From: an uncultured Actinomycetes bacterium
GTDB taxonomy: Bacteria > Actinomycetota > Acidimicrobiia > Acidimicrobiales > RAAP-2
NCBI GenBank assembly: GCA_903825765.1
Contig: CAIKBU010000091.1
Coordinates: 1,791-65,790, forward strand
DNA length: 64,000 nucleotides
Direction: 5' to 3'
The notes beneath the pieces are model-generated. The model was not told the origin of the DNA. It made no database searches and saw only the letters and a program-made list of their open reading frames with translations. A program made the position numbers and the translations under genes. Shown piece by piece: positions 8,432 through 17,359 of the stretch (position 1 is the first letter of the stretch; every line of letters starts with the position of its first letter).

Positions 8432-9904
8432 CTAGCGATCGCGCCCCGTCGGGACGCGCACCAGTACCTCAGTGCCCCCACCATTGGCGTAGGGCACGGT
8501 TGTCATACTGATTGACCCACCTAATTGACTTCCCACGAGATCTCGGACAATAGAAAGTCCAAGGCTCGTGGCGGTCTCGAGGGAAAAGGTGGGGTCGAGG
8601 CCTCGGCCATTGTCTCGAATTTGAGCCACCGCGGTATCCTTCTCGAGCCAGAGATTGAGTGTCACCACACCGACGTGATCATTGGCCGCGCCGCCGAAGC
8701 CGATGAAGCCATGCTCCACCGCATTGGTGAGAAGTTCAGTAAGCGCGAGAGCGAACGGCGTCGCCAGTTCGCTCGACAACAGGCCGAGCCCGCCATTGAC
8801 GACAATTTCAATAGGGTGCAGCGCGAGGACGGTGTCCTCCACGAGCGCCACAATCGATTCCGTGATCTGATCGAAGTCAACCTCTTCACCCGGTTCGCGA
8901 GATAACACTTCGTGGACCACGGCAATCGAACGAACGCGCCGCTCCGCCTCTTGCAGAGCGATGCGGGTCTCAATCTCGTCAGTGCGACGGCCCTGTAAGC
9001 GGAGCAGTGAGGAAATCGTCTGCAGGTTGTTTTTCACCCGGTGGTGCACTTCACGAACTGCCGCTTCCTTGTTCAGCACCATGCGATTGAGCTGGCGCAC
9101 GTCGGACACGTCACGGAGCAAAATGACCACCCCCGTCACGAGGCCGTGGTTAAAGAGTGGGACGCAGTGAAAGGTGATGGCTACGTCGCGGCCGCCGTCG
9201 ACATCCTCCATAGCCGGTATGCCGTACTCGAGGGCCCGATCAACCACTCGAATACTGAGCCCGAGGTCACTGAAGGTCAATCCCTCAAACGAACTGTAGA
9301 GGCCGAGTCGGTGCAGAGCATTGGTCGCATTTGGCGTCGCAAATTCAATCTGACCAAGTCCATTGAGCAAAATGATGCCGTCACCGACTCGGGGCATCCC
9401 CGGGCCGGCCACCGTGTCTTCGCGAAAGGGAAACGTGGCGTCGGACACCATTGTGCACAGTCGATCAAAAATCGAGAGATAGACCTGCTCATAGAGCGAC
9501 GCTGGTCCGCGCAACTGCCCCTGCAGTCGCACCAGCACACCAATGACCTTGCCGTCGAAGCGGACGGGCAGACACCAGACAGCCATTTCGCCAGTTTCTT
9601 CGTCGAGGGTGACGCTTCCGATGACTCGCTGCTCTGAGAGGAGGGCCTCACGGGCAACTTGCCAGGTAGCCATCGGCTGGACCGTGCCGAGGACGTCCTG
9701 CGCAATCAGCGTGGAACGATTATTGGGCCGGACCTGACCAAGTACGACAAAGTGTTCTCGGTCTCGATCGGGCACGAGCAGCACCATGTCGGAGAACGAG
9801 AGGTCAGCCAGTAGCGACCACGACGCCGTTAGTCGCAGAATGTGGTCAATAGCGGGACCGGTGAGCGTCGTGCGCTGCTCGGCATTTTCAAGCACGGTGC
9901 TCAT
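8432..9904 (-). CDS. pdtaS: Sensor histidine kinase, GAF-PAS-HisKA_2-HATPase (PdtaS-like)
   Basis: H-box EVHHRVKNNLQTISSLLRLQ and C-terminal ATPase (DNGRGL..., SLGLSIV). Convergent and abutting whiB, as I recall for the mycobacterial whiB1/pdtaS pair. Confidence 0.8.
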   Translation of the reverse strand: MSTVLENAEQRTTLTGPAIDHILRLTASWSLLADLSFSDMVLLVPDRDREHFVVLGQVRPNNRSTLIAQDVLGTVQPMATWQVAREALLSEQRVIGSVTLDEETGEMAVWCLPVRFDGKVIGVLVRLQGQLRGPASLYEQVYLSIFDRLCTMVSDATFPFREDTVAGPGMPRVGDGIILLNGLGQIEFATPNATNALHRLGLYSSFEGLTFSDLGLSIRVVDRALEYGIPAMEDVDGGRDVAITFHCVPLFNHGLVTGVVILLRDVSDVRQLNRMVLNKEAAVREVHHRVKNNLQTISSLLRLQGRRTDEIETRIALQEAERRVRSIAVVHEVLSREPGEEVDFDQITESIVALVEDTVLALHPIEIVVNGGLGLLSSELATPFALALTELLTNAVEHGFIGFGGAANDHVGVVTLNLWLEKDTAVAQIRDNGRGLDPTFSLETATSLGLSIVRDLVGSQLGGSISMTTVPYANGGGTEVLVRVPTGRDR

Positions 9905-9934
9905 GCACCACCTCCATGGTCTACGCCACGAATG

Positions 9935-10501
9935 TTACGAGGTTGCCTCGCGACGTGGTGCACGATTGCGCCGAAGGAGCTCATCTTCCACGTCGGCGAT
10001 GTCGAGTCCACGGCTTCGTAGTACGAGGAGGAGATGAAACCACAGGTCCGCCGCCTCCGACACGAGGCGCTCGTCGGACTCGGCGAGGGCCGCCACGACC
10101 ACTTCGGTCGCTTCCTCCCCCACTTTTTGTGCCACGTAGGCGGTCCCGCGCTCGAGCGAGCGAGCCACGTACGACGCTGTATCACCGGCGGCCTGCCGCT
10201 GAAGTATCGTGCGCCAGAGCCACGGGGTGAAGCAGGTCGTCGATCCGTCGTGACAGGTTGGTCCGTCGGCGTGCGCACGAATCAAGAGGGCGTCATCATC
10301 ACAGTCGGGACGAATCTCAACGAGGTGAAGGAAGTTCCCAGACGACTCCCCCTTCGTCCACTGCTGCTGGCGTGACCGAGAGAAGAAGGTGACCAGACCG
10401 GTTTCCTTGGTTGTGGCGAGCGCCTCATCGTCCATCCAGCCCAGCATCAAGACACGATCGGTGGCGTCATCGACCACAATGGCGGCGCGAAGGTCACTCA
10501 T
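9935..10501 (-). CDS. hisIE: Bifunctional phosphoribosyl-AMP cyclohydrolase / phosphoribosyl-ATP pyrophosphatase
   Basis: HisI part FFSRSRQQQWTKGESSGNF...CHDGSTTCF. HisE part KVGEEATEVVVAA...EAADLWFHLLVL. Confidence 0.9.
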   Translation of the reverse strand: MSDLRAAIVVDDATDRVLMLGWMDDEALATTKETGLVTFFSRSRQQQWTKGESSGNFLHLVEIRPDCDDDALLIRAHADGPTCHDGSTTCFTPWLWRTILQRQAAGDTASYVARSLERGTAYVAQKVGEEATEVVVAALAESDERLVSEAADLWFHLLLVLRSRGLDIADVEDELLRRNRAPRREATS

Positions 10502-11247
10502 CGTTGCACCACCGAGCGCAGGGAAATCCCCGCCGCTTTGAGTTCCTCGCGCAAGCCAACGATGCTGGTCGGATCGTCGTGCACAATTGAGGCGATGAGG
10601 GCGGCGTCAGTGATGCGAAGCGCAGCAACGACGTCGGCGACGCTGCCCGCGCCTCCCGAAGCGATAACCGCAATGTCGACTGCGTCGCGCACCTGCTGCG
10701 TCAAGGTGAGGTCGTACCCCTGGCGTCCACCATCTCGGTTAATGCTGGTGAGCAGAATCTCCCCCGCGCCGCGAGCCGCGACCTCGACGGCCCAGGGTAC
10801 GGTGCGAAACGCCGTCGGCGTGCGACCACCGTGCGAGTAAACGACGTCATCCTTGGCGTCGATGGACACGACCACGGCCTGTGAACCAAATCGTGCGGCC
10901 ACCGCCGAAATGAGTTCGGGCGTGGCGAGTGCGGCCGAGTTCAGCGCCACGCGGTCGGCACCACTTTCGATGATGCGCGCCGCGTCCTCGACGCTACGAA
11001 TACCACCACCCACCGTGAACGGAATCGTGACCACGTCAGCCACTCGCCGCACTACCTCGACCATCGTGGCCGCGCCCGATGGCGTCGCCGTGATGTCGAG
11101 GAAGACGAGTTCGTCCGCACCGCCGTCACTGTACGCCTGGGCGAGTGCCACGGGGTCACCGACGTCACGGAGCTGCTCAAACTGGATGCCTTTGACCACG
11201 CGGCCATTGGCGACATCGAGGCAGGGAATTAGACGAGGGAGAGGCAT
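10498..11247 (-). CDS. hisF: Imidazole glycerol phosphate synthase, cyclase subunit
   Basis: N-terminus RLIPCLDVANGRVVKG and TIM-barrel HisF motifs (TVGGGIRS, ASGGAG). Confidence 0.95.
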   Translation of the reverse strand: MPLPRLIPCLDVANGRVVKGIQFEQLRDVGDPVALAQAYSDGGADELVFLDITATPSGAATMVEVVRRVADVVTIPFTVGGGIRSVEDAARIIESGADRVALNSAALATPELISAVAARFGSQAVVVSIDAKDDVVYSHGGRTPTAFRTVPWAVEVAARGAGEILLTSINRDGGRQGYDLTLTQQVRDAVDIAVIASGGAGSVADVVAALRITDAALIASIVHDDPTSIVGLREELKAAGISLRSVVQR

Positions 11248-11783
11248 CGTTCCAAAAACGCCAAACCGGCGCCTCCGCTTTTTTCAGGGTGAAATTGCAC
11301 GCCGAGGAAAGAACCTTTCTCAATGACTGCGCAGACGCCTTCCGACGTCGCCACGCTCCATGTCGATTCGGCCACGTAGGAGTGAGCGAAGTAGAACGAC
11401 TGACCCCACGGGTCCACGTCGGCCCAGCCGAGCCGGGGGATGCGCGGTGCGTCGAGGCGAACGACGAAGCCTTCGACAATACCGAGTCCCTTGACGCCAC
11501 CATCTTCTTGACTGGCTTCGAGCGCTAACTGCATACCGAGGCAGATACCGAGCACTGGTTTAGCGGCGGTCACGCGTTGGCGCAGGGCGTCGGCCGCGCC
11601 CGTCTCGTTCAAGTGTTCCATCGCCTGACGCGCCGCGCCGACGCCCGGCAGCACGACAAACGGCGCCTCACTAATCGCCGTCGGATCCGCACTGACCTCG
11701 CTGGTGTGGCCCAGCGTCGTCAAAGCGGCGCGCACGGAACGAGTGTTCCCCGCGCCGTAGTCCACGACAATGACGGTGGTCAC
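11229..11783 (-). CDS. hisH: Imidazole glycerol phosphate synthase, glutamine amidotransferase subunit
   Basis: VVDYGAGNTRSV, nucleophile elbow GICLGMQL, and C-terminal GVQFHPEKS. Confidence 0.9.
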   Translation of the reverse strand: MTTVIVVDYGAGNTRSVRAALTTLGHTSEVSADPTAISEAPFVVLPGVGAARQAMEHLNETGAADALRQRVTAAKPVLGICLGMQLALEASQEDGGVKGLGIVEGFVVRLDAPRIPRLGWADVDPWGQSFYFAHSYVAESTWSVATSEGVCAVIEKGSFLGVQFHPEKSGGAGLAFLERCLSLV

Positions 11784-13303
11784 AATGATCCCTTGGTCGA
11801 CTGCACCGTTGTTTCACTCTTCACCAAGGCCTGACGCATCGCCCGACCAACTGCCTTAAAGGCGGCTTCGGCCACGTGGTGGGCATTCTCGCCCGTCGCC
11901 GTCACGTGCAACGTGATGCGAGCAGTCTGCGCCAGCGACTCCAGCGCGTGGGCCGCCATGCCGGGGTCGGGTGAAATGTTGAGGGTGGCCTTGGCGCGAC
12001 CCGACAGGTCGACGACGGCATGCGCGAGCGCCTCATCCATGGGGACGCGAGACTCACCGTAACGGGCGAGACCCACCCGGGCGCCGAGGGTCTGATCGAG
12101 GGCCTCACCGAAGGTGCGGAAGGTGTCTTCGACGAGGTGGTGGTCACCCGTTTCGAGGTCACCGTGACCTTCCATACGCAGGTCGAGGCCACCGTGGAAT
12201 GCCAGTTGCTGCAGCATGTGATCGTAGAAACCCTCCCCCGTGTTGATGTACACGCGACCCTGACCGGGAATGCGCAGGCGACACGACAGTGTCGTTTCCG
12301 CGGTCGCACGACGGAACAGGCGATAGCCCGGGGAGAGTGGTTCACCAAAGAGTTCAGCGCGAAGACACTCGAGCATGCGGTCGTCGTCAACTTCGTCGCG
12401 GATCGATATCCGCAGTCCGGCGCGGTACGCGCGTAAGACAATGCCGTACGGCAACAGTCGATCGACGAGTGCCTGCGGATTGTCCATCGGAATGAAGAGG
12501 AAGTTGGCGTGCGACGCCAGTGGGGTGAGGTTCATCGCCGTTAGGGCCGCAGCCACTCGGTCACGCTCGGCGTTCTGAGCGGTGACATCAAGTGGCGTTG
12601 TCACGGCGGCGAGCGCCAGAGCGGCGGAGGGGCCCGACACCGACAGTGGCGCTTGGCGGGCGTGAATCAGCGCCGCCGTGTCCGTAGAGGCGAGGGCGTA
12701 GCCCACCCGAGCACCGGCGAGACCGTAGGCCTTCGAAAAGGTCCGCAGCACAATGGCGCCCTCGTTGATATAGGGCGTGCCATCGATCCCCGCGTACTGG
12801 GCGTAGGCCTCGTCAAGGACGAGCTGACCACGAATACCTTCGGGGATTTCGGGAAGTTCACCGGTGGGGTTATTGGGTCGACAGACAAAGACGAGGTCCG
12901 CACTGGCGACATCATCAGTGAGGGTGGCCCCCGCCATGCTGGCGGCGAAGCGATACATGGAATACGAGTCACTCGGCACGGTGGCGACAGTCCCGCCCGA
13001 GGCGTACATCGCTGCGAGGAGGACAATGAACTCGTCACTCCCAGCGCCGAGGCAGACCTGATCAATGGTGACGTCGTGCAGTGCGGCAATGGCCGCCCGC
13101 AGTGGTTCGTAGCGACCACGGTCATAGTCATTAATGTCGGCGAGGGCTTTCGCCACGGCCGCGGGCCGGGCGGTCACCGGTGGCTGCGCGGGGGTGTTGC
13201 CGTCAAAGCGCAGGATCTCGCTGACGTTAAGTCCGAGTCGCTCGGCCAAGTCGGGGGTCGACGTAGGCCACTGGTAGGCCTCGAGAGGTGTCGGCGTGCT
13301 CAT
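11780..13303 (-). CDS. hisCB: Fusion protein: histidinol-phosphate aminotransferase (N-terminal) + imidazoleglycerol-phosphate dehydratase (C-terminal)
   Basis: A single 507-aa ORF. The N-terminal part carries the PLP-lysine motif RTFSKAYGLAGARVGY. The C-terminal part has IGPD motifs GFYDHMLQQLAFHG and GDLETGDHHLVED. Confidence 0.85.
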   Translation of the reverse strand: MSTPTPLEAYQWPTSTPDLAERLGLNVSEILRFDGNTPAQPPVTARPAAVAKALADINDYDRGRYEPLRAAIAALHDVTIDQVCLGAGSDEFIVLLAAMYASGGTVATVPSDSYSMYRFAASMAGATLTDDVASADLVFVCRPNNPTGELPEIPEGIRGQLVLDEAYAQYAGIDGTPYINEGAIVLRTFSKAYGLAGARVGYALASTDTAALIHARQAPLSVSGPSAALALAAVTTPLDVTAQNAERDRVAAALTAMNLTPLASHANFLFIPMDNPQALVDRLLPYGIVLRAYRAGLRISIRDEVDDDRMLECLRAELFGEPLSPGYRLFRRATAETTLSCRLRIPGQGRVYINTGEGFYDHMLQQLAFHGGLDLRMEGHGDLETGDHHLVEDTFRTFGEALDQTLGARVGLARYGESRVPMDEALAHAVVDLSGRAKATLNISPDPGMAAHALESLAQTARITLHVTATGENAHHVAEAAFKAVGRAMRQALVKSETTVQSTKGSL

Positions 13304-14346
13304 CGGCGGGCCGTGGCCTTGTGCGCGGCCATACCTTCGATGTCGGCCAGGGCTTCGATTGTGGGCGCGAGTTGCTCGAGACCCTCCTTCGACACGCGCT
13401 GGACGGTGACGGTCTTCATAAAGCCCTCAAGGCCTAAACCACCCGTCGAACGCGACCAGCCGCCGGTGGGCAGGACGTGATTCCCACCCGTGGCGTAATC
13501 GCCGGCGGGCACTGGTGCATACGGGCCCACGAACACTGCGCCAGCGTTACGAATACGGGGCGCGAGGGACTCGGCCCGCTCGCCCAACAACGCGACGTGT
13601 TCGGCCGCGTACCCCTCGATTTCGGCGAGTGCGGCCTCGAGGTCGTCCCCGACGCGAACAACGAAGCCACGTGAGTCGGGGCCGTGTTCCATCTGGGCCG
13701 CAATCTCTTGCTGAATAATTGCTTCGTCAAAGCCCAGGTCGGCAGCCACGACAATTTCACTTGGACCGGCGGGGAGGTCAATTGCGACGTCGCGGCTCAC
13801 AATGAGCTTGGCGATGTTGACGGCGGCCGATCCCGGTCCGAAAATCTTGTCCACGGGCTTAATCGAGTCCGTGCCGTACGCCATGGCCGCGATCGCCTGT
13901 GCGCCACCAATGGCCCACACTTCGTCGATTCCGAGCAGTGCGGCGGCGGCGGCCACGAGACCCGCCCCGCTCGGTGGCGTACAAACGACAATGCGCTCGA
14001 CGCCGGCGACCTGCGCTGGAATGCCCGACATGATGAGTGATGAAACGAGATTCTTTGGTACGTAGAGACCAACGGAACGTAGCGGGGTCCAGCGACGCTC
14101 CAGGGTGACGCCCGGCGTGACCTCGAGCATGAGGTCGGCGGGTCGCTGCGCGGCGTGCCACGTTCGAACGTTTTCGGCGGCCGCCAAGATGGCTGCCGTT
14201 GGCACGTCACCGTAGGGCTGCGCCCGTTCCGGCAGATCACTGGTAGTGCCGTCGTAGCGACGCGACCACTCGGCAACGGCAACGTCACCGCGTTCACGCA
14301 CGTCGGCGATGATGTCCGCGATGGACTGTTCAAATTCATTTGTCAT
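13300..14346 (-). CDS. hisD: Histidinol dehydrogenase (compact form, about 348 aa)
   Basis: Motifs GLYVPKN, AQMEHG, AAEHV, GDYATGGNHVLPT and EGMAAH. Start set at the ATG forming an ATGA overlap with the hisG stop; the listed ORF extends to 14421. Confidence 0.85.
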   Translation of the reverse strand: MTNEFEQSIADIIADVRERGDVAVAEWSRRYDGTTSDLPERAQPYGDVPTAAILAAAENVRTWHAAQRPADLMLEVTPGVTLERRWTPLRSVGLYVPKNLVSSLIMSGIPAQVAGVERIVVCTPPSGAGLVAAAAALLGIDEVWAIGGAQAIAAMAYGTDSIKPVDKIFGPGSAAVNIAKLIVSRDVAIDLPAGPSEIVVAADLGFDEAIIQQEIAAQMEHGPDSRGFVVRVGDDLEAALAEIEGYAAEHVALLGERAESLAPRIRNAGAVFVGPYAPVPAGDYATGGNHVLPTGGWSRSTGGLGLEGFMKTVTVQRVSKEGLEQLAPTIEALADIEGMAAHKATARR

Positions 14347-15200
14347 GACAACAACCTTTCTACGGGCAAGGTCAAGATTGCGGTCGCGCCGCACGCTTGG
14401 AGTTTTGGCAGCAGCGACCACACGTCGCTGGCGGGGACGAGGGCGTGGATGGCCACGAGCCCCTCGGTCGCGAGTGGCACGATCGTCGGCGATCCGGCCG
14501 CGGGCAAAACGGCCAGCACGGCGTCCAGTTCACTGGTGCGCACGTTCATCAAGAGGTAGCGGCTCGACCGTGCCCGCAACACTGACCCGAGCAACGTCGT
14601 CAGCACTTCACGCGATTCACTCGCCTCGGCACCGCGACGCCCCACCAGCACCGCTTGGCTTTCGAAGAGCACCCCGAGCGAACGCAAACCATTGGTACGT
14701 AGGGTCGAGCCAGTCGACACCAAGTCAACAATGGCGTCGGCCAGACCGAGTCGGGGGGCAATTTCCACTGAGCCACTAATGCGCACGATGGAAGCGGTGA
14801 TGCCCTGGGCTTCGAGGAGTCGCTTGGTGAGATTCGGGTGCGACGTGGCAATGCGGCGACCATTGAGGTCGGCCAGGGTGGTGGCGGTGTCTTCCAGGGA
14901 TACCGCAGCCTGTAAGGAGCAACGACCGTACCCGAGCTCCAACAGCACGTCAACATCGAAGTTGTGCTCTTGGACCAAGTCAAGACCGGTAATCCCACAG
15001 TCCACGACGCCGTCTTGGACGTACTCAGGTACATCATCTGCGCGAAGAAACAGCAGATCAATGTCCGCGTTGCGACACGTCGACTGCAGGACCCGCTCGC
15101 CGGGAGCGAGTGGCTCAACACCAGTGGCTTCGAGCAGTGCCCACGATGGTTCGCGCAAACGACCCTTCGATGGCAATGCCATAGTCAGTCGTTGGGTCAT
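14343..15200 (-). CDS. hisG: ATP phosphoribosyltransferase, long form with C-terminal regulatory domain
   Basis: 285 aa with LALPSKGRL at the N-terminus and a C-terminal HisG_C-like domain. Confidence 0.9.
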   Translation of the reverse strand: MTQRLTMALPSKGRLREPSWALLEATGVEPLAPGERVLQSTCRNADIDLLFLRADDVPEYVQDGVVDCGITGLDLVQEHNFDVDVLLELGYGRCSLQAAVSLEDTATTLADLNGRRIATSHPNLTKRLLEAQGITASIVRISGSVEIAPRLGLADAIVDLVSTGSTLRTNGLRSLGVLFESQAVLVGRRGAEASESREVLTTLLGSVLRARSSRYLLMNVRTSELDAVLAVLPAAGSPTIVPLATEGLVAIHALVPASDVWSLLPKLQACGATAILTLPVERLLS

Positions 15201-15484
15201 TGGACCTCCTCCTTCAAGACGGTGCCGTAGCCACCCTCGCCGTATTTGAGTGCGTGAGCCACCCGAGTAACCGTGGCGGTCGACGCACCCGTGAGTCTTG
15301 AAATCTCCTGATACGAAAGACCCTCTCGTACCAGGCGGGCAACCTCAAATCGTTGCCCCATGGCACCGAGTTCAGCGGTGGTGCAGAGATCGTGGAGAAA
15401 GGCCACCATGGCGTCGGGCGACGTAATGGCCACGAAGGCGCTCACCAGCTCGGTGAACTGCTGATTGAAGCGCTCGCTGTTCAT
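15197..15484 (-). CDS. TrpR-like YerC/YecD-family DNA-binding protein; probable his operon regulator
   Basis: 95 aa. HTH YQEISRLTGASTATVTRVA, followed by LKYGEGGY, typical of YerC/YecD. ATGA overlap with the hisG start. Confidence 0.7.
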   Translation of the reverse strand: MNSERFNQQFTELVSAFVAITSPDAMVAFLHDLCTTAELGAMGQRFEVARLVREGLSYQEISRLTGASTATVTRVAHALKYGEGGYGTVLKEEVQ

Positions 15485-15514
15485 GTCACTATGCTAACGT
15501 ACTAACACGCTGCT

Positions 15515-16219
15515 ATGCAACTCATCCCCGCCCTCGACCTCCTCGGCCACGACGCTGTTCGCCTGCAACAAGGTGACTACGACCGCGTCCTCTTTCGCGA
15601 GAATATCGACACGTTTCTCGAGCACGTCTTGGCGACCGATCCCCCACTCGTTCACGTGGTTGACCTCGAAGCGGCCCGCTCGGGCACGGTGCGCCCCGAC
15701 ATGGCCCAGCGAGTCGTGGCTCGGGCCGGTACGACCCCCATCCAGTTTTCGGGTGGCATCCGCTCACTCGACGACGCGCACACCATCCTGAACAGCGGCG
15801 TTTCGCGCATCATTATGGGCACGGCCGTCTGGGCCACGGACAATTCCTTGGCGACCTTCAGTCAAGCCCTGGGTGAACAACTCGTGGTCGCCCTCGATGT
15901 GCGAGACGGCACCTTGGCCGTGCGGGGCTGGCGACACGACAGCGCCCTCACCGTTGATGAAGCCCTGCGGCGCTGCGTTGCCGTCGGTGTTCGCCGACTC
16001 CACGTCACCGCAATCGCGCGCGACGGCATGATGAAGGGTCCCGATCTCGACCTGTATCGCACGGTCTGTGCCAGTGGTATCGCAGTCGTCGCCGCCGGCG
16101 GGGTTCGCGACGAAGATGATCTCAGCGCACTCGAGGCGATTGGCTGTGAGGGCGCGGTGATGGGCATGGGTCTCTTGGCTCGACTCGGCATTTCAGTCGA
16201 GCTCGAAGCACCCCTTTAG
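15515..16219 (+). CDS. hisA: ProFAR isomerase HisA (possibly PriA-type dual-substrate)
   Basis: N-terminus LIPALDLLGHDAVRLQQGDY and (beta/alpha)8 HisA motifs (FSGGIRS, AAGGVR). Confidence 0.9.
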   Translation: MQLIPALDLLGHDAVRLQQGDYDRVLFRENIDTFLEHVLATDPPLVHVVDLEAARSGTVRPDMAQRVVARAGTTPIQFSGGIRSLDDAHTILNSGVSRIIMGTAVWATDNSLATFSQALGEQLVVALDVRDGTLAVRGWRHDSALTVDEALRRCVAVGVRRLHVTAIARDGMMKGPDLDLYRTVCASGIAVVAAGGVRDEDDLSALEAIGCEGAVMGMGLLARLGISVELEAPL

Positions 16220-17088
16220 TGAACGAGCGGCACCATGACGCGCTGACGCGCTTCAAAGCTCGCGAGTTCGCTCACCCCCCGTTGCAGAAGCAAAGCAACT
16301 AGATCGGCGTTGCGGGCGCCCACTCGTTCGTGACGATGGGCATCACTCGCCGTCGTAAAGGCGAGACCCGCGGCCACAAAACGATCGAGGAGCCCGCCTT
16401 CGGGATACTGCTCCCCCACCGGTTTAAACCAACCGGCGGACGAACACTCAACGGCCACGTTGGCGGTCGCGGCACTGGCGGCCATCGCATCCCAGTAGCC
16501 AGCAATAGCCGAAGGGCGGTGGCCCGCGACCTTGATGACATCAGGGTGGGCGACGACGTCAACCGCACCACTGCTCGTGAGTCCGTCGAACGCTTCGGCG
16601 TACGCCGCCCACACGTCGCTGACGTCTCGCGATTCCCATTGCGCCATCTGCTCGGCGTTGTCGAGATCGTCAAACTGCCATGAACCGAGCCAGTGCACCG
16701 AGCCAATTAAGACGTCGAAGGGGTACTGCGCGAGCAACGCCCCCACCGCATCCATTTGTCCGGGGTAGTAGTCAACTTCGAGTCCGACTTTCACGGGCAG
16801 ACCCGACGATTTGGCCGCCAGGGCGAAGTTCACGTACTCATCGAGGGCGTTTCGGGCGTGAAAATCAAAGTACGAGGCCATCAATGGACTCGTTGGTTCG
16901 TGCCCCCACTTATCCCAAAAGGAGCCGACCACGGCACGAACATCGCGGAAGCGAAAGGCGTGTTCGGTGAGAGCTAACTCGCTGACACCATTTCGTGCCG
17001 CTTCTTCACAGTACCTGGCGAGTTGGTCTAGACGATACGAGACCGACGACTCGTCGTGCGGCCAGAGGTGCAAGTGGTAATCGAGCAC
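16216..17088 (-). CDS. PHP-family histidinol-phosphate phosphatase (HisK/HisJ type)
   Basis: N-terminal DYHLHLW metal motif, an internal PHP His/Asp pattern (GSVHW, AHPD, SDAH), and histidine-cluster context. Confidence 0.75.
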   Translation of the reverse strand: MLDYHLHLWPHDESSVSYRLDQLARYCEEAARNGVSELALTEHAFRFRDVRAVVGSFWDKWGHEPTSPLMASYFDFHARNALDEYVNFALAAKSSGLPVKVGLEVDYYPGQMDAVGALLAQYPFDVLIGSVHWLGSWQFDDLDNAEQMAQWESRDVSDVWAAYAEAFDGLTSSGAVDVVAHPDVIKVAGHRPSAIAGYWDAMAASAATANVAVECSSAGWFKPVGEQYPEGGLLDRFVAAGLAFTTASDAHRHERVGARNADLVALLLQRGVSELASFEARQRVMVPLVH

Positions 17089-17094
17089 CGAACG

Positions 17095-17322
17095 TTAGGA
17101 GCCGAAACCGACTGATCGTTCGGTGGGTTTGGCCATTTCGACGTAGGAAATGCGCGCCGCCGGAACACCAACGGTGCGACCCTTTACGTCCGTGAGCCAC
17201 AGCACCGTGTCGTTTTCCAGAGCGGTAGCCACCTGCGCCTGGAGGTCGGCGGCGCTGGTACCAGCGGCGACTTCGAGTTCGAGGTCCTTCATGGACTGCA
17301 CAATGCCAATGCGAATCTGCAT
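17095..17322 (-). CDS. DUF3107-family small protein
   Basis: MQIRIGIVQSMKDLELE...VGVPAARISYVE resembles actinobacterial DUF3107. Lies 6 nt upstream of the histidinol phosphatase gene. Confidence 0.65.
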   Translation of the reverse strand: MQIRIGIVQSMKDLELEVAAGTSAADLQAQVATALENDTVLWLTDVKGRTVGVPAARISYVEMAKPTERSVGFGS

Positions 17323-17359
17323 ACTGCTCCTTAGTTCAACGTGCACTCATGTTACGGCG

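Noticed and set aside
12653-13480. 275-aa plus-strand ORF
   Set aside because: It is antisense to the hisC portion of the fusion gene and to the hisD 3' end. It is a shadow ORF.
17150-17359. N-terminal extension of the dGTPase ORF
   Set aside because: It overlaps the DUF3107 gene on the opposite strand and carries no HD-family similarity. ATG 17360 gives a normal N-terminus.
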